A stretch of DNA of 64,000 nucleotides from Candidatus Latescibacterota bacterium (GTDB taxonomy: Bacteria; Latescibacterota; UBA2968; UBA8231), in contig OZ244561.1 of NCBI GenBank assembly GCA_965217585.1, positions 992,001 through 1,056,000 of the forward strand. The letters are read 5' to 3'. The notes under the pieces are model-generated. The model did not search any database, was not told where the DNA came from, and worked only from the letters and a program-made list of their open reading frames with translations. Of this stretch, positions 9,855 through 18,339 are shown piece by piece. The position numbers and the translations under genes were made by a program. The first letter of the stretch is position 1. Every line of letters starts with the position of its first letter.

Positions 9855-10062
9855 GTATCTGATCATTGTAGAGAAATACGGCCCCGGAGCGTATGGAGCC
9901 TATGTACCGGAGCTTCCGGGCATCGGGGTTGCCGGGGAGACCGAGGATGAGGTGCATGACCTAGTCGCCGACGCGATCAGGCTGTATCTCGATGAGCTTG
10001 AGCGGGATGGTGATCTGGCGGCGGATTCGGTTGTGGTGAACCACTACACAGTTACGATTTGA
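9841..10062 (+). CDS. HicB family antitoxin
   Basis: YLIIVEK...YGAYVPELPGIGVAGETEDEVHDLVADAIRLYL. Confidence 0.88.
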   Translation: MAQTEYLIIVEKYGPGAYGAYVPELPGIGVAGETEDEVHDLVADAIRLYLDELERDGDLAADSVVVNHYTVTI

Positions 10063-10128
10063 TCATAGGTGCCTAGCGGACGCCGAGAAATCGGCAGCAG
10101 AGTACACAATCGCAAAGGAGGTGACCGT

Positions 10129-10377
10129 ATGACAGACTGGAGCAAGTGCCCGGCGGTGGAAAGCGTGCCCGGCCGGGTCAGCGGGGCCTGGGTTTTCACG
10201 GGCACCCGGCTGCCCGTGTCGGCCCTTTTCGGCAACTTGGCGGAGGGCGCGACTGTCCACGACTTTATCGAGTGGTTCGGCGGGGTGGACGAAGCACAGG
10301 TGCGGGCTGTATTGGAATTCGTAGTGCAAGACCTTGACGCCAAGGTTGCCAAGGTCCCGCATGCGAATCCTGTTTGA
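10129..10377 (+). CDS. DUF433 family protein
   Basis: VESVPGRVSGAWVFTGTRLPVSALFGNL motif, AAGGAGG SD. Confidence 0.88.
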   Translation: MTDWSKCPAVESVPGRVSGAWVFTGTRLPVSALFGNLAEGATVHDFIEWFGGVDEAQVRAVLEFVVQDLDAKVAKVPHANPV

Positions 10378-10537
10378 CCACAACGCGCCTCGGCAGCTTC
10401 GCCGTCACCTCGTCGGTCATGACGTTGACGCGGCAGGAGAGCGAGGGTGGGCTGGGCTTGGCAATGGCGCGTTGCTGGATCGGGCCGAGGAAGCAGGGTA
10501 TGAAGCGGAACACCTCAAAGCTCCTGTGCAACCGTAA
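10361..10537 (+). pseudogene. Truncated DUF5615-type PIN-like toxin fused to a foreign tail
   Basis: MRILFDHNAPRQLRRHL...NGALLDRAEEAGYE breaks off before the ITTD motif seen in 11928-12302. A further start remnant (KILFDQGTPAPP*) follows at ~10538-10576. Confidence 0.75.
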
Positions 10538-10637
10538 AAATTCTGTTTGACCAAGGCACGCCCGCGCCGCCGTAGGCATTGCCCATCGGCCAATGAACAT
10601 CTATATTGTGCTACACAGAAACTGTGAGGCTGCGACT

Positions 10638-10976
10638 ATGAAAAACATCACCGTATCCATTGACGAACAGACCCACCGGCTCGCCCGCATCCGGGCGGCG
10701 GAGTTGGACACCTCGGTATCGGCCCTCGTGCGAGACTACCTGAAGAGTCTGGTTGCGGACCGCGCCGGCGGCACAGCCGACAACGGGCCGGTCGCGGAGC
10801 CAGAGGCCGAGCGTCGGCGTAGGATGTTGAGCGAGGTCATTGAGAAAATCCGCACCACTTCGCCCGGATTCAGGGCCGCCGACAACCTGCCTCGCGAAGA
10901 ACTGTACGACCGAGCCAGAGCCAGAGCCGAAGCTCAGGCAGCGGCCGCCGAAGACGAAGACCGCAAGCGCGGGTAA
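10638..10976 (+). CDS. Ribbon-helix-helix antitoxin (VapB-like)
   Basis: MKNITVSIDEQTHRLARIRAAELDTSVSALVRDYL and LPREELYDR motif, directly upstream of a PIN gene. Confidence 0.8.
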   Translation: MKNITVSIDEQTHRLARIRAAELDTSVSALVRDYLKSLVADRAGGTADNGPVAEPEAERRRRMLSEVIEKIRTTSPGFRAADNLPREELYDRARARAEAQAAAAEDEDRKRG

Positions 10977-10981
10977 GTGCC

Positions 10982-11395
10982 GTGCGCTTTGTCGATACGA
11001 ACGTCCTGATATACGCGGCCAGCCCCGCTCCTGATGAAGCCGACAAGCAGCGTTCGGCCCAGCGGCTGCTGGAAGAGGGAGACCTTGCGTTGTCCGTCCA
11101 AGTGCTCCAAGAGTTCTATCACCAAGCAACCCGTTCCAACCGCCTTGGAGCGATCACTCAAGAAGATGCGCTGCAATTCATCGAGAGCATCAGGCACTTT
11201 CCGGTGCAAGACATCACTCTCGATGTGTTCCATGCCGCCACCGCCATCAGCCGACGCTTTCGGCTGTCTTATTGGGACGGCGCAATCCTTGCCGCAGCGC
11301 GGACCCTCGGCTGCGACGCGGTCTATTCTGAGGACCTCAGTTCGGAACAGGACTACGATGGCCTCCGGGCCATAAATCCGTTCACGTACCAGTAG
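10982..11395 (+). CDS. PIN-domain (VapC-like) toxin
   Basis: FVDTNVLIYA, QVLQEF, SYWDGAILAAA and YSEDL acidic residues of PIN. Confidence 0.92.
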   Translation: MRFVDTNVLIYAASPAPDEADKQRSAQRLLEEGDLALSVQVLQEFYHQATRSNRLGAITQEDALQFIESIRHFPVQDITLDVFHAATAISRRFRLSYWDGAILAAARTLGCDAVYSEDLSSEQDYDGLRAINPFTYQ

Positions 11396-11403
11396 TCTTC
11401 ACA

Positions 11404-11702
11404 GTGCCCACTAACACCTCCGAACGCGGCCTTGGACGCCTCATCTGCACAGCCCTAGCTGACCATCCCTGTGACCCGTCGTGAAATCGATCACTTGCGC
11501 GAGTACTTGACCCGCCTAATCGCCGATGTCGTCACCGGCAAGCTCGATGTGCGCGAGGCGGCTGAACTGCCGGAAGTGGATCCGCTTGCGAAAGACGACT
11601 TGGACGGTACAATCCATGATGGGGAGAATTCAAATCTCGGCGAAACTCAACGCCGAGGAATCGGCAGCAGAGTACACAATCGCAAAGGAGATGCCCTTAT
11701 GA
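11404..11702 (+). pseudogene. hsdR 5' fragment followed by hsdS 3' fragment
   Basis: 11409-11477 copies hsdR 12341-12409. 11510-11644 is near-identical to hsdS 9465-9602. Confidence 0.9.
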
Positions 11703-11944
11703 CGGACTGGAGCAAGTGCCCTGGGGTGGAGCAAATCCCGGGCAAGGTCAGCGGCGCTTGGCTTTTCACCGACAGCAGACTGCCCGTATCCGCCCTGTTC
11801 GAGAACCTGGAGGCCGGCGCCACCGTCGAGGAGTTCATGGAGTGGTTCGCGCCCGTGGACGAATGGAAGGTGAGAGCCGTTCTGCAATACGTGGCCGACT
11901 CTCTGAAGGCCGTGCCGGTGAGCAGCCTTGAAGATACTGTTTGA
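11699..11944 (+). CDS. DUF433 family protein
   Basis: MTDWSKCPGVEQIPGKVSGAWLFTDSRLPVSALFENL, a paralog of 10129-10377. Confidence 0.88.
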   Translation: MTDWSKCPGVEQIPGKVSGAWLFTDSRLPVSALFENLEAGATVEEFMEWFAPVDEWKVRAVLQYVADSLKAVPVSSLEDTV

Positions 11945-12302
11945 TCACGGTACACCGAGGCCCCTCAGGCGGGAACTCCCCGGACACTCGGTCGATACAG
12001 CGGCAGACAAGGGGTGGGACCGGTTGGCCAACGGAGACCTGATCAACAGTGCCGAACAGGATGGCTACGAGATTCTGATTACGACCGACCAGAGCATGAG
12101 GCATCAGCAGAACCTTGCAGGCAGGCGGTTGGCCATCATCGTACTACTCTCCGGGGCTTGGCCTTACACTGAGTCGAGGATCGAAGACATTCGAGCCGCT
12201 GTCGCTGAGGCGCAGCCTGGGGAGTTGAGGGAGGTCGCCATCCCGGTTAGGGCCGAGGCTCAGGCAGCGGCCGCCGCCGAAGACGAGGACAAACGTGGGT
12301 GA
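11928..12302 (+). CDS. DUF5615-type PIN-like toxin with grafted antitoxin tail
   Basis: KILFDHGTP...NGDLI...ILITTDQSM motifs. The last 17 aa (RAEAQAAAAAEDEDKRG) copy the end of 10638-10976. Confidence 0.82.
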   Translation: MKILFDHGTPRPLRRELPGHSVDTAADKGWDRLANGDLINSAEQDGYEILITTDQSMRHQQNLAGRRLAIIVLLSGAWPYTESRIEDIRAAVAEAQPGELREVAIPVRAEAQAAAAAEDEDKRG

Positions 12303-12335
12303 GCGCCATGCGCTTTGTCGATACTAACTAGCGTA

Positions 12336-15300
12336 ATGACCACCGACACCTCCGAACGCGGCCTCGAACGCCTCATCTGCACAGCCTTAGCCGGCCATCC
12401 CTGCGACCCACCTCCAGGTCCCACCGTAGGCGAGCCACCTGCCCGCTACGGCGGAGTCGGTTGGGCCGGCGGCAACTACCACGACTACGACCGCGAATAC
12501 TGCGTCGATCTGGCGCAGCTCTCTGCCTTCCTACACGCCACCCAACCCGAGGTTGCGGAGGCCGTTGGCATAGCATCCACCCATGTAGGGGCGACCGGCC
12601 GGTCGCCCCTACCGGGCCAGGCCAGCCCCACGCGCCGCCGGTTCCTAGCCCGCCTCCAGGGCGAAATCAGCAAACGCGGCACCATCGACGTGCTGCGCCA
12701 CAGCATCAAGCACGAGGCCCACGACCTAGACCTATTCTACGGCACGCCTTCAGCCGACAACCCAGAAGCGCAGGAGCGCTTCAAACAGAACCGCTTCACA
12801 GTCACCCGCCAACTTCGCTACAGCCGCGACGAAACCCAGCGGGCCCTCGACATCGGCCTGTTCATCAACGGCCTACCAGTCTTCACCTTCGAGTTGAAGA
12901 ACAACCTCACCAAGCAGACCGTGGCCGACGCGGTCCAGCAGTATCAGCGCGACCGCAACCCGCGCGAGAAACTATTCGAGTTCGGCCGCTGCGTCGCCCA
13001 CTTCGCGCTGGACGAAAACGAGATCCGCTTCTGCACCCACCTCAGCGGCAAGGCCTCCTGGTTCCTCCCCTTCAACCGAGGCTGGAACGACGGCGCTGGC
13101 AACCCACCTAATCCCAACGGACTAGCGATCGACTACCTGTGGCGGGAAGTGCTCCCCCGGGAGAGCCTGACCAACATCCTAGAAAACTACGCCCAAGTGG
13201 TAGAGGCGAAGGACGAGAAAACGGGCAAGAAGAAGCAGACCCAGATCTGGCCGCGCTATCATCAGCTCGACGTGGTGCGCCGCCTGCTGACCGACGCGTG
13301 CACCCACGGCGTAGGCCGCCGCTACCTGATCCAACACTCGGCCGGCAGCGGCAAGAGCAACTCCATCGCCTGGCTGGCCCACCAACTAATCGGCCTAGAT
13401 CCGGTCTTCGACTCAATCCTCGTCGTCACCGACCGCCTCATCCTCGACCGCCAGATCCGCGACACCATCAAGCAGTATTCCCAAGTGTCGGCGACGGTGG
13501 GACACGCCGACCGCTCGGGCGACCTGCGCCGGTTCATCGAGAGCGGCAAGAAAATCATCATCTCGACGATCCAGAAATTCCCCTTCATCCTCGACGAAAT
13601 CGGCAACGAGCAACGCGGACGCAGCTTCGCCATCATCATCGACGAGGCCCACTCCAGCCAGGGAGGCCGCACCGGTGCCGCCATGGCGCAGGCGCTCTCC
13701 GAGGCAGGTGAAGAGGAGGAGGAAGAAACCTTCGAGGACCGGATCAATCGCCTGATGGAGTCGCGCAAGCTGCTCCCCAACGCCAGCTACTTCGCCTTCA
13801 CCGCCACCCCCAAAAACAAGACGCTGGAAATCTTCGGTGCCCCGGAACCGCAGCCCGACGGCACAGTCGGGCACCACGCCTTCCACAGCTACACCATGAA
13901 GCAAGCGATCCAAGAGGGATTCATCCTCGACGTACTCGCCCACTACATGCCAGTGCAGAGCTATTACAAGCTCGCCAAAACAGTGGAGGACGACCCGGAG
14001 TTCGACGTCAAGAAGGCCCAGAAGAAACTGCGCCGCTTCGTCGAGAGCAGCGACCACGCGATTGAACTCAAGGCCCAGATCATGGTCGATCACTTCCACG
14101 ACCAAGTGATGGCGCAGAACAGGATCGGCGGTGCGGCACGGGCAATGGTGGTCACCAACGGCATCGAGCGGGCGATCCAGTACTACCACGCAATCCGCGA
14201 CTACCTGCAGCAGCGCAAGAGCCGCTACCGGGCTATCGTCGCCTTCTCCGGCGAGCACGAGTTCGGCGGCGAGAAGGTCACCGAAGCCTCGCTGAACGGC
14301 TTCCCCTCCACCCAGATCGCCGGGCAGTTCCAAGAAGACCCCTACCGCTTTCTAGTCTGCGCCGACAAGTTCCAGACCGGGTACGACGAACCGCTGCTGC
14401 ACACCATGTACGTCGACAAGACGCTGTCCGACATCAAGGCGGTACAGACCCTCTCCCGCCTCAACCGGGCCCATCCCAAGAAGCACGACGTGTTCGTGCT
14501 CGATTTCTTCAACGATGCCGACACCATCCGCGACGCCTTCGCCGACTACTACCGCGCGACGATCCTAGCCGACGAGACCGACCCCAACAAGCTGCACGAC
14601 CTGCAAACGGATCTAGACCGCGCCCAAGTCTATTCCGACGCGCAGATCGACGACTTCGTCGAGCGCTACCTCGGCGGTGCCCAGCGCGACCAGCTCGACC
14701 CGATCCTCGACGACTGCGTAGCGGCCTACAAAACCGAGCTGGACGAGGACGGCCAAGTACAGTTCAAAGGCAACGCCAAGGGGTTCGTGCGAACCTACGC
14801 CTTTCTCTCGTCCGTGCTTCCCTACAACGACGCCGGCTGGGAAAAGCGCTCGATCTTCCTGAACTTCCTGATCCCGAAGCTGCCCGCCCCCGAGGAAGAG
14901 GATCTGTCGAAGGGCATCCTCGACGCCATCGACTTGGACAGCTACCGGGTCGAGAAGCAGGCCATGCAGCAGATTCTGCTGCCGGACGAGGACGCCGAAG
15001 TCGAGCCGGTGCCGACTAGCGGCGGAGGGCACGTGCTGGAACCAGAGCTGGACCGGCTGTCGAACATCCTCAGGACGTTCAACGACCTGTTCGGAGACAT
15101 TGACTGGGAGGATGCCGACCACGTGGGAGAACTCATCACCAAGACCATCCCATCCCGGGTGGCCGCGGACGCTGCCTTCAAAAACGCGCGGCAGAACTCG
15201 GACGCCGCCAACTCCCGCATCGAGCACGACAAGGCGCTGCTGCGGGTCATGACGAACGTCATGAAGGACGACACCGAGCTCTTCAAGCAGTTCATGGACA

Positions 15301-15371
15301 ACGAGGGTTTCAAACGCTGGATGACCGACAGAGTGTTCGAGTTGGCCTGTGAGCAGGCGAGTGCGCCTTGA
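12336..15371 (+). CDS. hsdR: Type I restriction endonuclease subunit R
   Basis: LDIGLFINGLPVFTFELK nuclease motif, HSAGSGKS Walker A, DEAH, FTATP, FQTGYDEP and QTLSRLNR helicase motifs. Confidence 0.95.
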   Translation: MTTDTSERGLERLICTALAGHPCDPPPGPTVGEPPARYGGVGWAGGNYHDYDREYCVDLAQLSAFLHATQPEVAEAVGIASTHVGATGRSPLPGQASPTRRRFLARLQGEISKRGTIDVLRHSIKHEAHDLDLFYGTPSADNPEAQERFKQNRFTVTRQLRYSRDETQRALDIGLFINGLPVFTFELKNNLTKQTVADAVQQYQRDRNPREKLFEFGRCVAHFALDENEIRFCTHLSGKASWFLPFNRGWNDGAGNPPNPNGLAIDYLWREVLPRESLTNILENYAQVVEAKDEKTGKKKQTQIWPRYHQLDVVRRLLTDACTHGVGRRYLIQHSAGSGKSNSIAWLAHQLIGLDPVFDSILVVTDRLILDRQIRDTIKQYSQVSATVGHADRSGDLRRFIESGKKIIISTIQKFPFILDEIGNEQRGRSFAIIIDEAHSSQGGRTGAAMAQALSEAGEEEEEETFEDRINRLMESRKLLPNASYFAFTATPKNKTLEIFGAPEPQPDGTVGHHAFHSYTMKQAIQEGFILDVLAHYMPVQSYYKLAKTVEDDPEFDVKKAQKKLRRFVESSDHAIELKAQIMVDHFHDQVMAQNRIGGAARAMVVTNGIERAIQYYHAIRDYLQQRKSRYRAIVAFSGEHEFGGEKVTEASLNGFPSTQIAGQFQEDPYRFLVCADKFQTGYDEPLLHTMYVDKTLSDIKAVQTLSRLNRAHPKKHDVFVLDFFNDADTIRDAFADYYRATILADETDPNKLHDLQTDLDRAQVYSDAQIDDFVERYLGGAQRDQLDPILDDCVAAYKTELDEDGQVQFKGNAKGFVRTYAFLSSVLPYNDAGWEKRSIFLNFLIPKLPAPEEEDLSKGILDAIDLDSYRVEKQAMQQILLPDEDAEVEPVPTSGGGHVLEPELDRLSNILRTFNDLFGDIDWEDADHVGELITKTIPSRVAADAAFKNARQNSDAANSRIEHDKALLRVMTNVMKDDTELFKQFMDNEGFKRWMTDRVFELACEQASAP
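12585..12612. repeat. REP palindrome inside the hsdR coding sequence (in frame)
   Basis: Identical to 5420-5447. Encodes VGATGRSPL in HsdR. Confidence 0.88.
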
Positions 15372-15514
15372 GTGGCGGCGCGGTTTTTTCCGTTGGCTCC
15401 GTTGCGTATCCAGCCTCGATTCTCGTGGACGAGATCGTCTCGCGCATTACCGCGAACGTCATCGAGCGCTTTGTCGCGGCATAGCCAAAGCACCCGTTTG
15501 GCCTTATCTTTAAG
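15371..15514 (+). repeat. Right copy of ~143-bp direct repeat bounding island 1
   Basis: Duplicate of 5244-5386 (SGGAVFSVGS...ERFVAA* plus downstream bases). Starts at the hsdR stop codon and precedes queF. Confidence 0.95.
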
Positions 15515-15544
15515 TGCTTTAGGCTGTTAGGAGACGAAATTTTC

Positions 15545-15904
15545 ATGGCTACCGAGCCAAGCAAAAACCTAGTGGTTTTTGCCAATCCCCATCCGGACCG
15601 CGACTACACAATCGAGTTCTCGTGTCCGGAATTCACTTCGATATGTCCCGTAACCGGACAACCGGATTTCGGCACCATCCACATCCGCTACGTACCCGAC
15701 CAGCAGTGCATTGAGCTCAAATCGCTCAAGCTCTATCTGTGGTCCTTTCGCCAAGAAGGCGCTTATTACGAAGCGGTCACCAACACCATCCTCAACGATT
15801 TGGTGGCCGCCTGCGCACCGCGGCGCATGACCGTAGTGGGAGAATTCAATGTGCGCGGTGGCATCTCCGCCGTTGTGACGGCCGAATTTGCCCCACAGCC
15901 CTAA
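15545..15904 (+). CDS. queF: NADPH-dependent preQ0 reductase (preQ1 synthase)
   Basis: [17 protein letters not shown] and [13 protein letters not shown] (QueF motif). Confidence 0.95.
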   Translation: MATEPSKNLVVFANPHPDRDYTIEFSCPEFTSICPVTGQPDFGTIHIRYVPDQQCIELKSLKLYLWSFRQEGAYYEAVTNTILNDLVAACAPRRMTVVGEFNVRGGISAVVTAEFAPQP

Positions 15905-15934
15905 CGCCCGCCCGGCGACATATCAATTTATCGA

Positions 15935-16867
15935 ATGGAGACAACAATGGAAGAAGTACGCCAAGACGCCGCTGAGACGACAGTGGAAGAAGGATCGGAG
16001 GAAAACGGCGGCCGGCAGGACCGGACTTGGTTTCCCTACATCACCAAGGTGCAGTTCGAGCGGTTCCTCTCGCGGCTGGAGAGCAAGATCCCCGACCAAG
16101 TGGACCGCGACTACGTGCGGCCTATCATTCGCACTCCGTCGATGATTCACCGCTTTTTGCGCGGCATCGAATCCATGAACCTGACCGACCGCAACCAAAA
16201 GCCCACGGACCGGCTGTTGCGGCTAGTCCCACAGGAGACGCGCAGATTCGCGATCGCCGAAGTGGTCCGCGACCTCTACAAGGAACTGCTGCCGGAGTGG
16301 GAACAGAGCAACGGCAACATGAGTGACGACGCGATTGTCGATTACTTCCGCAATCGCACCGGCATGGGGCGCGATTCGGCCAACAAGATGAAGATGTTTT
16401 TCAAATACCTCATCGCCGAAGCCGACTTCGGCGACCCCTCCGAACCGCAAGAGGAAGCGGCGGCCCCCGAACCCGCGCCTCAAGAAGATCGCCCCGTAGC
16501 CCCCGAACCCGCGCCTCAAGAAGATCGCCCCGTAGCCCCCGAACCCGCGCCTCAAGAAGATCGCCCCGTAGCCCCCGAACCCGCGCCCCAAGAAGATCGC
16601 AGTGCCCGCGAACCCGCGCCCAAGGAGCGTTCCGGGCGCGACGGACGCGCCAAGCGCGCCAACTCCGAACGCCAAGAGCGCCAGCAGGAGCGCCCCCAGC
16701 AGGAGCGCCCCCAACAGGAGCGCCCCCTGACCGAGACGCAGCGAGCCTATCTGGACACCCTCCAGTCCACGGTCCAGATCAAAATTGACGGCGACTGGGA
16801 CGAAGACATGATCCGCCTCGTCTTCGACCGCCTAGAGCGGCTCTTCGACCGCCTGCGGCGCGCCTGA
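15935..16867 (+). CDS. Hypothetical protein (DUF5343-like N-terminal domain) with tandem-repeat linker
   Basis: FPYIT...P.QVD..Y...NLTD..QKPT pattern, Pro/Glu repeat linker and short helical C-terminal domain. Confidence 0.6.
   Translation: METTMEEVRQDAAETTVEEGSEENGGRQDRTWFPYITKVQFERFLSRLESKIPDQVDRDYVRPIIRTPSMIHRFLRGIESMNLTDRNQKPTDRLLRLVPQETRRFAIAEVVRDLYKELLPEWEQSNGNMSDDAIVDYFRNRTGMGRDSANKMKMFFKYLIAEADFGDPSEPQEEAAAPEPAPQEDRPVAPEPAPQEDRPVAPEPAPQEDRPVAPEPAPQEDRSAREPAPKERSGRDGRAKRANSERQERQQERPQQERPQQERPLTETQRAYLDTLQSTVQIKIDGDWDEDMIRLVFDRLERLFDRLRRA
16463..16727 (+). repeat. Coding tandem repeats: 36-bp unit (APEPAPQEDRPV) ~3.8x and 15-bp unit (QQERP) ~3x
   Basis: GCCCCCGAACCCGCGCCTCAAGAAGATCGCCCCGTA repeated from 16463. 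CAGGAGCGCCCC repeated 16685-16727. Confidence 0.92.
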
Positions 16868-16880
16868 TCCCAAACAGAAC

Positions 16881-16929
16881 GTTCGCGCCTACGAAGCCGA
16901 GACGCTTCGCCATCCTCGTAGGCGCGAAC
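16881..16929. repeat. 14-bp perfect inverted repeat (GTAG-containing, REP-like hairpin) after the gene
   Basis: GTTCGCGCCTACGA ... TCGTAGGCGCGAAC. Confidence 0.65.
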
Positions 16930-17069
16930 AGTTCCAGCCAGTCCCAACGCAGCCCCGAGCTTTTCCCCGTCATGCGGAATGAAAACCGACCCATTGGTGA
17001 TCTCGTATCTTCGCATCGGTGCGGAGTAGCGACAGGCACGCTTCTCTTTTGTCAACTTGGGAGACATCT

Positions 17070-18209
17070 ATGAACAACTACCGCATTGCAATTATTGGCC
17101 TCGGCGGCATGGGCAGGCATCATGCGGAGGCCGCACAGTTAGAGGCAAACTGCGAGCTGGTCGCCGGGGCAGAAATCGACCCCGAGCGGGCGGCGGCATG
17201 GGGAGAGCGCTTTGGCGTCAAAGCCCTCTATGACGACTACGAGAAGATGCTCGATGAGCAACAACCCGACCTTGTTATCGTCCCAACGCAAGCACCGATG
17301 CACCACCGGCCGACGATTGCGGCGGCCAAGCGCGGCATCCACGTCTTCTGTGAAAAGCCGATTGCCCTGAATCTCATCGAAGCCGACGAGATGGTTGCAA
17401 CCTGCGACCAGCACCGCGTCAAGTTTGCCATTAATCATATCAAACGCGCCAGTCCGTACAATCGCCATGCCCTCTCGCTTATCGACCAAGGCGAAATCGG
17501 CCAAGTGGTGTTGCTGCAGGCAACGGACAAAGGGGGTCGGAAGGTCGGCAACTCGCTGATGGAGATGGGCACCCATCTCTACGATTGGGTGCGTCTCTTC
17601 GGCGGCGATGTCGAGTGGACGCACGCGCACCTCGTGCAGATGGATGGACGCGAATCAACCGTCGATGACATCAAACACACCCAAGAGGTGCACCCAAAAG
17701 ACCGCGATGCGGGGATTGTGCTCGGCGAGCGGGGACACGCCTCGTTTCGCTTTGCCAACGGCATCCATGCGGATGTGCAGTTCCTCGCCCAGCCGCAGAC
17801 CAACGACAACGGCTACGGCATTGACATTATCGGCACCGAAGGGCGCATCGCCGTGCGGGAGAGCGTTGGCACGACGATGTTTATCCACCAAGGACAACAC
17901 AAGACGCCGTCAGAGGCGTGGGAACCAGTGCATCTGCCAGCCGAAGATCTCGACGAGCACGGCAATCCACGCGATAGGGGATCCATACGGTTGCTCTTGC
18001 AACGCCTCATGCTGCGCGACCTCATCGCAGCCATTGAGGAAGACCGGGATCCGTTTGCCAGCGGCAGGGACGGTCGGGATTGTCTTGAAATGATTCAGGC
18101 GACGTGGGAATCACATCGGCGGCAGGCTCGGGTGTACATGCCGCTAACGCCACGCGAACATCCGCTTGAACGGTGGCGGAGAGAAGCTCGCGACGGCATT
18201 GCCAATTGA
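17070..18209 (+). CDS. Gfo/Idh/MocA family oxidoreductase
   Basis: IIGLGGMG Rossmann motif, HVFCEKPIA, MGTHLYD. Confidence 0.92.
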   Translation: MNNYRIAIIGLGGMGRHHAEAAQLEANCELVAGAEIDPERAAAWGERFGVKALYDDYEKMLDEQQPDLVIVPTQAPMHHRPTIAAAKRGIHVFCEKPIALNLIEADEMVATCDQHRVKFAINHIKRASPYNRHALSLIDQGEIGQVVLLQATDKGGRKVGNSLMEMGTHLYDWVRLFGGDVEWTHAHLVQMDGRESTVDDIKHTQEVHPKDRDAGIVLGERGHASFRFANGIHADVQFLAQPQTNDNGYGIDIIGTEGRIAVRESVGTTMFIHQGQHKTPSEAWEPVHLPAEDLDEHGNPRDRGSIRLLLQRLMLRDLIAAIEEDRDPFASGRDGRDCLEMIQATWESHRRQARVYMPLTPREHPLERWRREARDGIAN

Positions 18210-18339
18210 AGCGCAGTCCCCAAACACTATTGGGACTTTGCGCTTTTGCCAATCGTCACAAAGCGCGGCGAATTCTTCGCTTACAACATCGCAGGTCTGG
18301 CGGTTGAGCATCCACTGCAAAACGCGCCATCGCCGCACC

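Noticed and set aside
8157-11702. Phase-variable hsdS shufflon
   Set aside because: The extra hsdS pieces are direct-orientation C-terminal stubs without TRDs, and no invertase is present.
3099-15904. queC/queF next to an R-M system as a Dpd or QatABCD-type deazaguanine defence system
   Set aside because: No dpdA/tgt-like, qatA ATPase or TatD gene. The flanking direct repeat shows the R-M island was inserted into an ordinary que operon.
16463-16600. 36-bp repeats as a possible CRISPR array
   Set aside because: Head-to-tail with no spacers, in frame within a CDS, and no cas genes nearby.
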